Positions 44,888 through 55,714 of a stretch of DNA of 64,000 nt are shown piece after piece; the first letter of the stretch is position 1, and each line of letters begins with the position of its first letter. Below the pieces are notes generated by a model that was not told the DNA's origin, made no database searches, and saw only the letters and a list, made by a program, of their open reading frames with translations. The position numbers and the translations under genes were made by a program. The DNA is from Macrostomum lignano (Eukaryota): positions 248,001-312,000 of the forward strand of contig NIVC01000349.1 in assembly GCA_002269645.1 (NCBI GenBank). The letters are read 5' to 3'.

Positions 44888-47800
44888 CTATGGATGGAGG
44901 GTTGGCGCCGCCCAGGGAGGTCCCCCAGTGTCGCCAGCAGCTATGGTGCTCTCTGGAAAGGAGAGTTCAGCCCTGCGGGTGGCCCGAAGGTAGCGCATGA
45001 GCTGATTAAAGTTTTCGGGTTTGCACGCTTCAGTAATAGATGTGTGTGGCCCGAGGTAAGTGAGTCTGGCCTGCGTGAAGGCGGGACAGATGCTGACGAA
45101 ATGCTCAGCGGTTTCGTCACCTGAGTTGCAGAAACTACAGGTGGCGTTGGTGGCGTTGCCCTGCAGGTACTGGTGCCTGGAGAAGCAGCCGTGACCAGAG
45201 AGGGTCATGGTGGCAGCCCGGATGTCTCTGCGCGAGAGGCGCAAGAGGAGCTTCCGGAGCTGGTGAGAGGGCTGAGGGACAGCGCCTCTGGATTGCCTGC
45301 AGTTCGTGCGGTTCGCCCAAGTCGAGCGGTGCTGAGTCCTGATCCACGCTTTGATGCGCGAGTCGATGACACAGCCAGGAATCGGGACAAGAGGTTCGGG
45401 GCCGAGAAAGGAGCCGGAGGCACCAACTTTTGCAAGGTTGTCAGCCAACTCATTTCCTCGGATCCCCACATGCCCCGGAACCCACTTAAGGGTAATTTTG
45501 TTGGCGGAACCCAACACATTGAGGAGTTTGATACAGTCAAGGACTGTAGCAGAGTTGGTGCTGCAGCCACTGATGGCGTGCAAGGCAGCTTGGCTGTCCG
45601 AATGGAAAATGATGTTCTTACCAGTAACGCCAGTGGCGAGAAGCTCTGCAGTGCAGGAGCTGATGGCCAGAACTTCATTTTGGAAAACACTGGAGTTGAC
45701 CCCAGTGTATTGAGCGTGGGTAGCGATGACCCTCCCGTTCAGAAAGATTCCAACACCAAAGCCGGTGTTGGCTGACTGCTTAGAACCGTCGGTGTAGCAA
45801 TGAAGCTCACCAGGGTTCCAATGGTCATTGATGTTATCGCGCGAGTCGATAGCTACGGAGTAGCGCTGTCTCAGGTTGAGCGTTGAGGCAATGCCATTGG
45901 TGAAGACGCGATTGGCCTGACACTCGTTGAGAAAGTTGAGGCACAGATCGCTATGCGGGACAAGGTTCCGCTTAGCAGGTGCTCTCATGTAAATGAATTT
46001 GACGCCGGCATCAATTAGACGCCGCGTCGTTCTAGCCGCCTCACCCCTGATGAAGAGGTCAAGAGGCGGAAGATTAAGAAAGGCCCCCATGCCAGCAAAG
46101 GGCGTAGACCTGGTGGCGTTGCAGATGAGCCTACACGCTCTGCCTTGGATCGTGTTGAGCAGGTCTGCATGGCTTTTGACCTGGGTAGCGCTAACCCAGA
46201 CAACAGAGGCGTACGTAATGGCAGGTCTAACTACGGAAGTATAGATCCACCAAAGCCGCTTTGGGGATAGACCCCAAGAAGTGCCAAGTGCTCGTCGGAG
46301 CTGGGCCAGGATGGCTGAGGCACACTTAGCTTTTGCTTTCACGTGGAAGGACCAGTTGAGCCGGTGGTCAAGTGTGACCCCGAGACATCTGGTCTGGTGC
46401 ACGAAGGCAATATCTCTGCCGTAGAGCTGCAGAGGACGTATGTTCCAGCATAGTCTGCTGGTAAACATAATGGCAACGGTTTTGGGCTCAGAGAGTTCCA
46501 AACCATTGTCATTGGCCCAGGATTCTGCTTTGCGGATAAAGCTCTGCATCAGATCCCTGAGCGTGCTGGGAGACGGTCCTGCCACAATGGCCGTGACGTC
46601 ATCAGCATACCCGACTTTGAAGACGGGGTCAGGTCGGGAGTCACTCAGAAGAGCGTCCATGACCAGGTTCCAGAGCGTCGGGGTGAGGACTCCGCCTTGG
46701 GGTCCACCCTTACAGACTCTGGTGGAGGCAGTTTGCCCAAGAAGTTGGGCAGTGACCGTACGGTTGGAGATCATGTACATGATCCACCGTATGAGGGTAG
46801 CATGAGCTTTGCGATTTTGAAGGGCCCTCTGAAACGCTTCAAAGATAACGTTGTCGAAGGCGCCAACAATGTCAAGAAAGAGAGCCAGGGCGTAACCGTC
46901 ACCCAGTACCGCCCGTTCAATCTTTTCGACAATCGCATGCAGGGCGCTGTCAGTCGACCTCCCGGTACGGAAGGCGTGCTGATTATTGCTGAGGGGCATC
47001 GCTGTCAGCTCGCAGGAGAGCAGCCGCCAGAGAATAAGCCTCTCAGTGAGCTTAAGCATTGCTGACGTTAAGCTAATTGGCCGGAAGGCCTTGACGCTTT
47101 GGTAGTCACCCTTCCCAGGTTTGGGAATAAAGACTACTCGAGCTTCAGTCCAGCTTTTGGGAACGTATCCCAGCTGGATAGAGGCCCGCATAAGATTGCG
47201 GGTGAGTCTCAGGAACGAGGGTATCTTGGCTGCTTCACGAAGGAGAACAGGGTAGATACCATCAGGTCCAGGAGATTTGAAGGGTTTGAAGGTTCTGACC
47301 GCACGAGCGATTAGGTCTTCAGTGACAATGCCCGCCGCTAGGGTGGCTCCATCCATCGAATGGTTGGGCTCCGGTCTAGCAGTAGGTACCCTCGGGAAGA
47401 ATGTGCTAAGCATATGCTGAAGCACTTCTTCAGGGTCTTTAGTAAGAGAGCCATCATCTTTTTTGATCATGGCTAATTTGGACATTTTGTCCATTGTAAG
47501 GGCCTTGACAAGCCTAGAAGTAGGTCTGTCTTGATCCAATTCATTGCAGAATTGGCGCCACTTACATTCCTTGGCCTTGCGCACTTCAGATTTGAAATTG
47601 CGGGAGGCTTGCCGGAAAAGCTCCATGTCCTCCGGGTTTCCGGTCTTCATGGCACGGCGATGAAGGCTTTTGGCCTTCCGCCTGAGTTTCCCCAGCTCCG
47701 GGTTCCACCACGGCGCCGAGGTCTTGCCTCTGTAGGCGCGAGCAGGACAAGCCGCTTCGTAGGCTGCAATAATGCAACCTGTCAGCGTCTCAGCCATATG

Positions 47801-48627
47801 ATCCACATCCTCGCAGGTCTCAATCGGACGTAAGTCCGTGAGTTCCTGCAGGTGCAGATCAAGGGCAGCCTTGTAGGCCGCCCAATCAGTGTTGCGGATA
47901 TTGCGTCTCCAAGTGATCGGAGACTGGGTTTTAGTGTCCGCGATATTAAAGGCAATAAAGCAGTGGTCAGACAGGGAGGGCTCCTCAGACCAGACTCTCC
48001 ACTCCTTGACTCTGTCAAAGAGTCTTGGGGTAACGAGTGTGGCGTCGAGGACCTCGGTCCATCTGCCATTATTAAAGGTAGGAGTGCTGCCGCGGTTGCA
48101 GAGCATGAGGTTTGTGTTAGAGATGAGGGCCAGAAGCTCCTCTCCTCTAGTGTTGGTATCTTTGCTGCCCCAGTGCTTGTGGTGCGCGTTGAGGTCGCCC
48201 CCTAAGCACAGCTCAGCGTTCTGGGACTCGCAGTACTGCGCAAGGCGCAGTAAACTCTCGGAGCAGGGTCTCTGTCGCCTGGGATATAAACCGAGGCAAC
48301 AAGACACGTACGCGGAGAGAAATGATTAGATTGGATGACGCAAAGGTCTCCATCAGAGAGATCAGTCCTCAGCCAAGCCTGGAGATGGCTAGCAGCGAGG
48401 ATAGCCGCTCTAGGGCGGCTGTTCCCCGGGCCACACACATAAAAATCAGAGTAGCCAGAGGGAATGTTGGGCAACTTACCGTTGCGCATCCAGGGTTCCT
48501 GGATCAGGATGAGGCCTGGCCTGTACAGCTCAGCAATCTTCATCAGATTTACTGACGCAGATACGCAATGCTGTAAATTTATTTGCAGACAGAATGTCGC
48601 TCCTTTGGCAGCGTGGAGCTTAGTCAT
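44888..48627 (-). CDS. LINE ORF2: AP endonuclease, reverse transcriptase, RNase H, C-terminal CCHC; one frameshift near 48258
   Basis: LQINLQH, LIQEPW, GGDLNAHH, SDH (APE); KGGPQGGVLTP, YADD (RT); YTDGSK, SDSQAAL, WVPGH, NELADNLAK (RNase H); CSFC..ETAEH..C; ORFs 48202-48627 and 44888-48307 join with one base missing at CCGAGAGT. Confidence 0.9.
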
Positions 48628-48650
48628 ACTGTATTAAATGCAATATCTGG

Positions 48651-50228
48651 CTAGAGCCCAGGGTCATCAAGGAGACTTGGACAACAGATCGTCCTCGTCC
48701 CAGGCCGCTGGGGCTTGACTGGGAGATGGGAGTTGGTCGACGTCCATGGCCTCCTCACCCCCACCGGCCCCCCAGCAGACTCCTCAGGCTCCGATGACAG
48801 GATGGAGGAAGCTTCCTCACCTGCATCTTTACCTTCAGACCCCACCAAGGTGGCCGAGGAGAGCTCGGATTCCGAAGACCCGGCCTCGTCCTCAACTCCT
48901 TCTCCGACTGGCAGGTTTGGTTCCCGGGGCTCGGCCGGAGCCGTTACCGCGGTCGCCGAACTGCTGCTAGCAGAGGGGCGAGATGCAGCTTTGGCTTTGG
49001 GATCGGCTTGCGCCTTTCCTTGGGCCTTAGACTGCGCCCCGCTCTTGCCGGAGATGCCGGGGTTGGCAGTAGCCTTCCCTTTGGCAGACTTTCCTCGGCG
49101 CAACTTGAGCTTGAGGGCACCCAGCTGGAAAGAGGATCCATTAGGGTACCGACTCGCCCAAGTGCTGGAAAGGCCGAGGACAATTGAGTTGCCCGTCTCC
49201 CCCCTGCGGACTTTACGGTGATACACCAGTCCACTAGCAGGGAGGTCGGGGTTCAGACGCAGTAGGACCCGGCGAATAACGTCTGGTCCAGCTGCGGTGC
49301 TCTTAGCAGGGACGAAAACCACATAGGGTATCGTCTTTGGACGCTGGCCCTCGCGAAGAAAAAGAGCTCCGCCAAGGTCAGCATCCAAGGAGACCGTCGG
49401 TAGCCGCTGGAGCAGCCGCCGAGCGTCCTCCTCGCTGCTAGGAGCAATAAGAACGAATGTGCTTCGCAGCACCATCCGCTCAACGCCGATGGAGATTCCC
49501 TCCTCGACAGTCAGCTCAATCAGATAGGAGTCAACAGCACTCCACACTTTTTGAAGCTGATCAGTGGTCCAGTCCTGGTCGCGACCTTGGATGATCACTC
49601 CCGGGATTTTGGCCTTGGCCTTCGCCGCAAAGGTAGCTCCCGAAGGAACCTCCTTGTTGGCAGTGGCCATTTGTTGCGCCGTGGTTTCGGCCTCAGCAGC
49701 CGCGGCAGCAGCTCCAGGGAGCGCCGCCGCTGAACTACTGGAGCTTCCACCGGCCGGCCCGCCTGGTTGCCTTGGGACTCCAGTCGCTTCAGCATCCATG
49801 GTGGACGCCGCCGCTTTGGCCCCCGCAGCTCCCTTCTTGGCCTGCCTTTTGGCGCGTTGTTTAGCGCGTTTGCGCTCAAGCCGAGCCCGCTGAGCTTCAT
49901 CGGATCTGCCAGATTTGGCCGGTCCTTTAGGCTCAGAGCTCGCGGTTCCCTTAGATCCACCAGCGGAGCTGGCAGGTCTTAGGGTATTTTGAGTTTGGTA
50001 GCTCTGGTCGGATCTGCCAGCAGAGCCAGCCGGTCCTTCCTTTGCCACAGTTGAATCAGTCGGTTGGGATCTGCCAGCAGGGCCGGCCGGTCCTTCGGAC
50101 TGAGGTTGGGGTTTAGAAGGGTCCCCATCCCTAGAAATAGCTTGTTTATCCATAGTCGGCTCGAAGGCCATGATAAAAGGTTGGTGGGCTACCCTCAAAG
50201 GGGCGCGGTACCCACCCGGCCGCTCCAC
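48651..50228 (-). CDS. LINE ORF1 (gag-like, 525 aa)
   Basis: Long intact ORF directly upstream of ORF2; basic and low-complexity ends, no clear CCHC knuckle. Confidence 0.8.
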   Translation of the reverse strand: MERPGGYRAPLRVAHQPFIMAFEPTMDKQAISRDGDPSKPQPQSEGPAGPAGRSQPTDSTVAKEGPAGSAGRSDQSYQTQNTLRPASSAGGSKGTASSEPKGPAKSGRSDEAQRARLERKRAKQRAKRQAKKGAAGAKAAASTMDAEATGVPRQPGGPAGGSSSSSAAALPGAAAAAAEAETTAQQMATANKEVPSGATFAAKAKAKIPGVIIQGRDQDWTTDQLQKVWSAVDSYLIELTVEEGISIGVERMVLRSTFVLIAPSSEEDARRLLQRLPTVSLDADLGGALFLREGQRPKTIPYVVFVPAKSTAAGPDVIRRVLLRLNPDLPASGLVYHRKVRRGETGNSIVLGLSSTWASRYPNGSSFQLGALKLKLRRGKSAKGKATANPGISGKSGAQSKAQGKAQADPKAKAASRPSASSSSATAVTAPAEPREPNLPVGEGVEDEAGSSESELSSATLVGSEGKDAGEEASSILSSEPEESAGGPVGVRRPWTSTNSHLPVKPQRPGTRTICCPSLLDDPGL

Positions 50229-51073
50229 CTGACCGGGCAGTAGGCCAATAGCACCCTCAAGGCTGGCCCGACACCAGGAGGGGGACCGCTTGCGACCGGA
50301 CTACTCCCCGGCCTTCCAGCCCATCGGCACGGTCAACACCTTAGGCATTAGAGAGTACGTTGAGCAGTACCACGGCCTGCAGGTTGGCGAGCCAGACCCG
50401 CATACCCAAATTCGGCCGAAGCCACTGGATAGGGTCGCCAGCGCCGGAGCCCAGTCTGTCCAGCAGCCCTAGGGACTGCCTTGAACACACGCGGGGACGA
50501 GTACCCTGGGTCGACTTGCGAGACAGCGTGGGGGGGGGGTCTGCGGCTGCCAGAGGCAAATAGAGGGTGCAGACCTCCCACCAGCCTTGACCTGCTGAAG
50601 ATAGGGGCAGGCGTGAAGCATCGCAGACCTTAGCCCATGGGCCTAGTCTGTCTCATACTTCAGACATACTTCAGGGGGTGGGGCAATAACCACCAACCAC
50701 CAGGGCCATATGACTAACCACCAACCATATGGGGGTTTTAGGGTGAAGAGAATCTTTATTTGGGTCTCCAATGAGCAAATAAAAAATAGAAAAATGAACT
50801 AATCATGAAAATTGATATAATGTTCTGAAGAAAGTTGAAGAAATTTTTGGTTAGAAAATAAAGCTTATTATCAATAAAAAGAAGATAAAATTTACTTTCC
50901 AACAAGTGTTTCTATGCTATAATAGGTGCAATAACAAGAAAGCTATATGGGCAATCCTATACTTCCGTTCGGTAAATTATTTTCACATTTGAATTCGTAC
51001 CACCGAGTCAAATGACGTCGATTGGCAATGTGTCTATGGCCAAAAGTTTGAGCGAACAGAGTTTAAAGGGGTG

Positions 51074-51424
51074 CAAACTATTCTAAACTGGACTATAGTC
51101 TGAACCATAGACTGTTTGGCTTCTGACTGAGCCATAGATATTTTTTCCGGTCGGAAGCACACTGGTCCCTGTACAAGAGGAATGGAGATGAAGGAGTAAG
51201 GAGATGAGGAGATAAGGAGATGAAGGATGAACGAGTAAGGAGATGGATCAGCTTCTCTGTTTGAACTGACTGGGGCTAGGAAAAAGAATGTTTCTTATAT
51301 TGTTTGTGTTGCCCATTCTTCTTGTACAGGGACTAGTGTGCTTCTGACTGGAAAAAATATCTATGGCTCAGTCAGAAGCCAAATAGTCTATGATTTAGAC
51401 TATAGTACAGTTTAGAATAGTTTG
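51074..51424. mobile_element. MITE-like inverted repeat with ~110-bp arms
   Basis: CAAACTATTCTAAACTG...GTCCCTGTACAAG is the reverse complement of 51313-51424 with several substitutions; GA-rich spacer. Confidence 0.75.
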
Positions 51425-51559
51425 TTTGTTTTAGTTTGTTTTAGTTTAGAAAAGTTCCGAAAGTACAGAGTTTTTATTGTCTTAGGAGCAGTAATCATTT
51501 CATTCAACAGATAGAAGTTCAAAGTTGAGGCCAAAGAGGCGCTCATCTGAAACCCGTGG

Positions 51560-52691
51560 AGCACCATCCAAGGGGTAGACGTGCTTTAAGTCCTGGAAGA
51601 ACTCATTGACGAACTGTTTCATTTCTTTGTTACAATGGGAGCGGTAATGCGGTATATTAGCTCGACTAGGTATGAAGCGAAGTGTAGTGCGCTAGTTCCA
51701 CGCATGTTCTTAAATTTGGCTTTTGCAGTACCCCAAAGCCCTCAATGCGATTCGTGTATACGTCTTTCTTCTTGCCATTTTGTTCAATAGTCATCTTAAA
51801 GTGCTCTTTGTGGTAGACAACCCAGTGACTGTAACCCATGTGTTCCAAGTCAAGGTAAGCAGACCAGCCGTCGCTGAATACAGTCGTTCCGGGGAGAATG
51901 AACTTCTCAATTAAAGGTAGAAGAGTTTCTTTTGACCTGTTTTCAACAGGCCAAATGACAGTACGGCCATCGTGTCTGTTTGTCATGCCAAAAATCCAAA
52001 TTTGTTGGCCTAGTTTCGCACCTCGGTTATATTTCATCTTTTGGCCAAAGAGGGACTCATCTATTTCAACGATGTGTCCGACACTGCCAAGAGAGATTGT
52101 ATCTCAACGTGTCTTGAACCATTCACATATTATGTCTCGAATGAAGTGGCCCCATTGCACGGCTGCCTCCGCTTCAATGCCGTACATGGCGCGCAGTGAA
52201 CTGTGGGTTATAATATGGATGCACCCCCCTCAGTTTCGGAAAGCGATCATTCTTAATGTAATTTGTACATTGTAATGATCGTCAACCGAAAGTACATGGC
52301 TTACCTTTGCGGAGTGTTCAGAAGATAACCAATGCAGTACCCAATGATGTCCATTGGATTCAGTTTAGAATTCTTGAAAAAAGTTCCCCTTCTAATAAAG
52401 ACTTTTTTCATGTGCTCCAAATGGCAAACCAGCTCCCTTCTTGCACCGGAACACGATGCCGTCTGTCGAATTATGGGCCTTGACAATGTTCATTGACGAT
52501 GCACAAATAGGGCAGGGCATGGTTTCCAGAAGCAGTCCTTCTCTTTGAAGAAGGCCAATCCAGTTTTCAGCTATAATAAAGCGCCATGACATGGGACACA
52601 CCAGTTCCTCGATATGCTCCAGTGGCTTCAAATCAACAAACAAGCCGGCACGTTCAATTTTCCGTTCTTTGGCAGGTTTTGAGCATGCCAT
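51560..52691 (-). pseudogene. Merlin (IS1016/ISXO2-like) transposase relic
   Basis: N-terminal CPIC..DGIVFRC zinc ribbon, IVEIDESLFG, KYNRG, IWIFG, SDGWSAY, YTNRIEG; in-frame TGA and frameshifts; probable intron donor near 52305. Confidence 0.85.
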
Positions 52692-53223
52692 AGTGAGTGC
52701 TACTGAAATATGAGAAAGAAAAGCTGTAGTTTCGGATCACGATCATTTGTATTCAAAAGTATCATTTAAATGATCGCATTCCAAAACTGATTATATACAC
52801 ATCCATGACAGAAATAATGCTATTGATGTTGCTGGTTTTAAATTGGAAAGTTTCTCTGTTTTTCTGTAGTTTCAGATCGCGATCCTTTCTATTCAAAACT
52901 TATATTGAAATGATCGCCTTCCGAAACTAATTATATAGTTGCCGTTTTACCATGATTTCTACAGCACAGTATACCATTTTCATAGGTGATCGTCAACCAA
53001 AACTTGTAAGAAACGGAATGATTGTCATCCGAAAGAATGCCGTATGTACTAGGCCTTTCAGCTCTCTCTAAAAAATCTCAACCGCTGACACCAAAGTTAT
53101 ACTAGTGGTGTTTCCTGTACACTGAGAATCCCATCGTTATGTCACCAAGGTTGTACTAAGGGTAACTCTTTTTACTGAAATTGTCAAAGGGCTAAACTTC
53201 CTACACTAATCTTTAAGTTGGTA

Positions 53224-53797
53224 GCTGCCACCAGGATTATCCTATTAATAAATTATGAGTTTATCAATCTTAGAATAATCCGAGAAATGTTTCTTAGAAT
53301 TGATCTGAGTATATATCTTAGTATTTAGTCGGAGTATTTAGTCTGAGTATTTAGTCTGAGTATTATTCTTAGAAAACTATTAGCTCTTAAAGATTTTATT
53401 CCTCTGTTATTCTGGTAGTGTTCTATTTAATAATTTGGCCTGAGCGGTATTTTGGCTTACTGGTATATGTATTTCATGTACTTTGCAAGTCCTTGGGCGT
53501 TACCGAGATCAGAGGGTCACAGCCTCCGGTTATTCTTACACGTATGACTTCAGATCTACTTCGTATTCTCTTACTACTCAATACTGCTGCTTCTCAATAG
53601 TATGTACTGTATACGCTTCAGTCTATTTCGCTCTTACTTCTTAAAAGGAATTAACACAGAAAACACTTCTTCAACTCTTATTTTCTTGGAACTTTTACTA
53701 TTCGCTATCAATCACTTATTGTGGAATCGCGATGTGCGAGGTTGGTCTCCTCTCCGCTGAATTTGCTTCTATTTATACTAATTTTTACGATGATTTA
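53224..53797 (-). mobile_element. Probable remnant of a second LTR element (LTR-like segment plus PBS) hit by the Gypsy insertion
   Basis: GCTGCCACCA (PBS on the minus strand) at ~53224-53233; minus-strand TATAAATA near 53770-53777. Confidence 0.4.
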
Positions 53798-54343
53798 TGG
53801 ACAAGTCGTGGTACCTGCGGTTTCGGCTACTGGTTTTCTTATTTGCTACTAAGGATTTTACTAGTGGATTATTGTCTGCTGTACTGATTTGAGATTTGGT
53901 AGAATCGCTGTCACCAGGTTTCCTGCTTTCCCTAATTCTAGTACTTTAGATTAAAGAAGTGAGTCAGGACACCAAAGATTATATTTAACAGTTGGAAATA
54001 TTTAATAATAAAGAGAATGTGTACAAAAGGTTATTTATTCCCTAGTTTTATTCCCGTTGTGCGTTGGGCAAGACTCCCAATATTTAGAGGCAAGACTCCT
54101 CCGTGCAAGCCTAACCCTTATATTTCCCTTTCTTACCACTTCTTCGTGAACTCTCTAAGTTAAACAGGAGAAGACACTCCAACGAAGGCGTTTTTTTTCC
54201 CAAGAGCCCAACTGCTCTGTAGTTCTAAAGGAACCCCAATTTTATCCACTTACCCCCGCTCTAATTATTTCCCCGGGTTGAAACTACTAAAAGCATATTT
54301 GAACCTGCAAAATTTCCCGTTCCTAAAATAATGCCCTACTACA
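53798..54343 (-). repeat. 3' LTR (546 bp)
   Basis: Direct repeat of 61681-62237; about 6 substitutions plus one 11-bp indel; PPT (minus strand AGGGGGAGG) at 54344-54352. Confidence 0.95.
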
Positions 54344-54875
54344 CCTCCCCCTCGCTACAAGAATGTGCAAAACCCCCTTTTGTACATTAATTGTTGTGTG
54401 TATTTTATTCGAGAACAATGTTAAGTTTTCCACAAGGCTGTGGTATGCTGAATAATGTCATAGTTTGGCTAAATAGTTGCACGCATCAGCTAGCATAATA
54501 AAATCGCAATGGCATACAGTTCATGGTTAATTGGCTGGATAATGGCTTAATGATGAAATTGTAGTGCGCGTACAGCTTTCGGTTCAATGGTTAAATGGGT
54601 GGTGCAAAAATTTTTGGCAAGTGGGACATTGTTGGCGCAAGAAAAAGAAATATTATAAAGAATATTCGCGTGAGCAATAGTTTTGGCTAAGAAGGTAGGA
54701 TCATGTATGGCAAGTAGTAAACTGCTAATAACAAACAACAAAAAAACAAAAAATGCTGTGTCCTAATAAAGCACTGTGTAATTGTTAAGGCAGCCTATGT
54801 AAATAATATTCGTTCCAAGGGATGGTAAAATATATTTGGAAGTGTCTGTTATTAATTTCAGCTTATTAATGTGAA

Positions 54876-55712
54876 CTAATCGGTGTGTACCGGCCGTAGG
54901 TTCACCGTATTCTGCGCCGACAGGTATAGAAGCCCATTGATGGGTACCATTCTATGGATCGGATCGAACTGTTCCGCCAGGTACTCGAGTAGTTCTGTTG
55001 TGGCCCTCATGCATCTCGGCCCTCGGGCCCTACTTTCTGCATATTGCAAGCAGTAGCTACACGCCATTTCGAAGCATTTGATGGCCTCGTCGTTCGTGGC
55101 AGTGGTCAGGAATGCGGCACAGGCCTCCGGTAGATTGCGCTCGAACTGGCCGGTTTTACCCGTTCGCAGGATCTTCTTTTTGAGAGCGCGCCGGCACTGA
55201 CGAAACTTGGCCTCTTGCCCGCCGGGGCTCGTCTGCTGTTCGGCCGGGCAGTCCTCTGTGCGCGGCTCCTCACTGGTATCCGCCCTGAGCAGAGTCGCGT
55301 AATTGATGTCGTGGCTCGAGTCTAACGCAGGCCCAGGCTGATCTTCCTCTGGTTGGCGTACCGGTTGGCATTCAGTTGTCTCGTCTGACTCGTCAACGAG
55401 GCTTACTCCTTCTTCATGCTGCCAAATCTCTTCCATGAAGCGCGCCATCTCATCTCGAAATCTCTCCTCTTCTTGTTTGGTCGCCCTCTCTAAATCTTCT
55501 AGATTCACATCTACGACTAATCCTCCTTCTGGTTCACTGTCCTCTTCTCTTGGTTCCAGCTTCCGCCTCTTATGTTCTCCCTCGATGACCTTCGTGCTTG
55601 CGTCATGGACAGCCCTAATTCGTGGAGGTTCATTTTCTTCTTGGCCTTCATTCCTCCTCTTCTGTCCATAGATCTTCTTTTTAGCGTACACTCGCAACGG
55701 GGCGTCGGCCAT
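54876..55712 (-). CDS. Third ORF of the Gypsy element (278 aa), unknown function, not env-like
   Basis: ATG 2 nt after the integrase stop; intact; acidic/basic N-half and Cys-containing helical C-half; no signal peptide or transmembrane segment visible. Confidence 0.75.
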   Translation of the reverse strand: MADAPLRVYAKKKIYGQKRRNEGQEENEPPRIRAVHDASTKVIEGEHKRRKLEPREEDSEPEGGLVVDVNLEDLERATKQEEERFRDEMARFMEEIWQHEEGVSLVDESDETTECQPVRQPEEDQPGPALDSSHDINYATLLRADTSEEPRTEDCPAEQQTSPGGQEAKFRQCRRALKKKILRTGKTGQFERNLPEACAAFLTTATNDEAIKCFEMACSYCLQYAESRARGPRCMRATTELLEYLAEQFDPIHRMVPINGLLYLSAQNTVNLRPVHTD

Positions 55713-55714
55713 TG

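Larger units (their letters stand above)
44791..50673 (-). mobile_element. Full-length non-LTR retrotransposon, LOA/R1-like (I group) with RNase H
   Basis: 11-bp TSD GGGGGTGGGGC (44780-44790, 50674-50684); 5'UTR, ORF1 and ORF2 (APE-RT-RNase H-CCHC); short AAGTC-repeat 3' tail. Confidence 0.88.

Noticed and set aside
54876-55712. Calling Gypsy ORF3 an envelope gene
   Set aside because: No signal peptide, furin site plus fusion peptide, or transmembrane anchor visible
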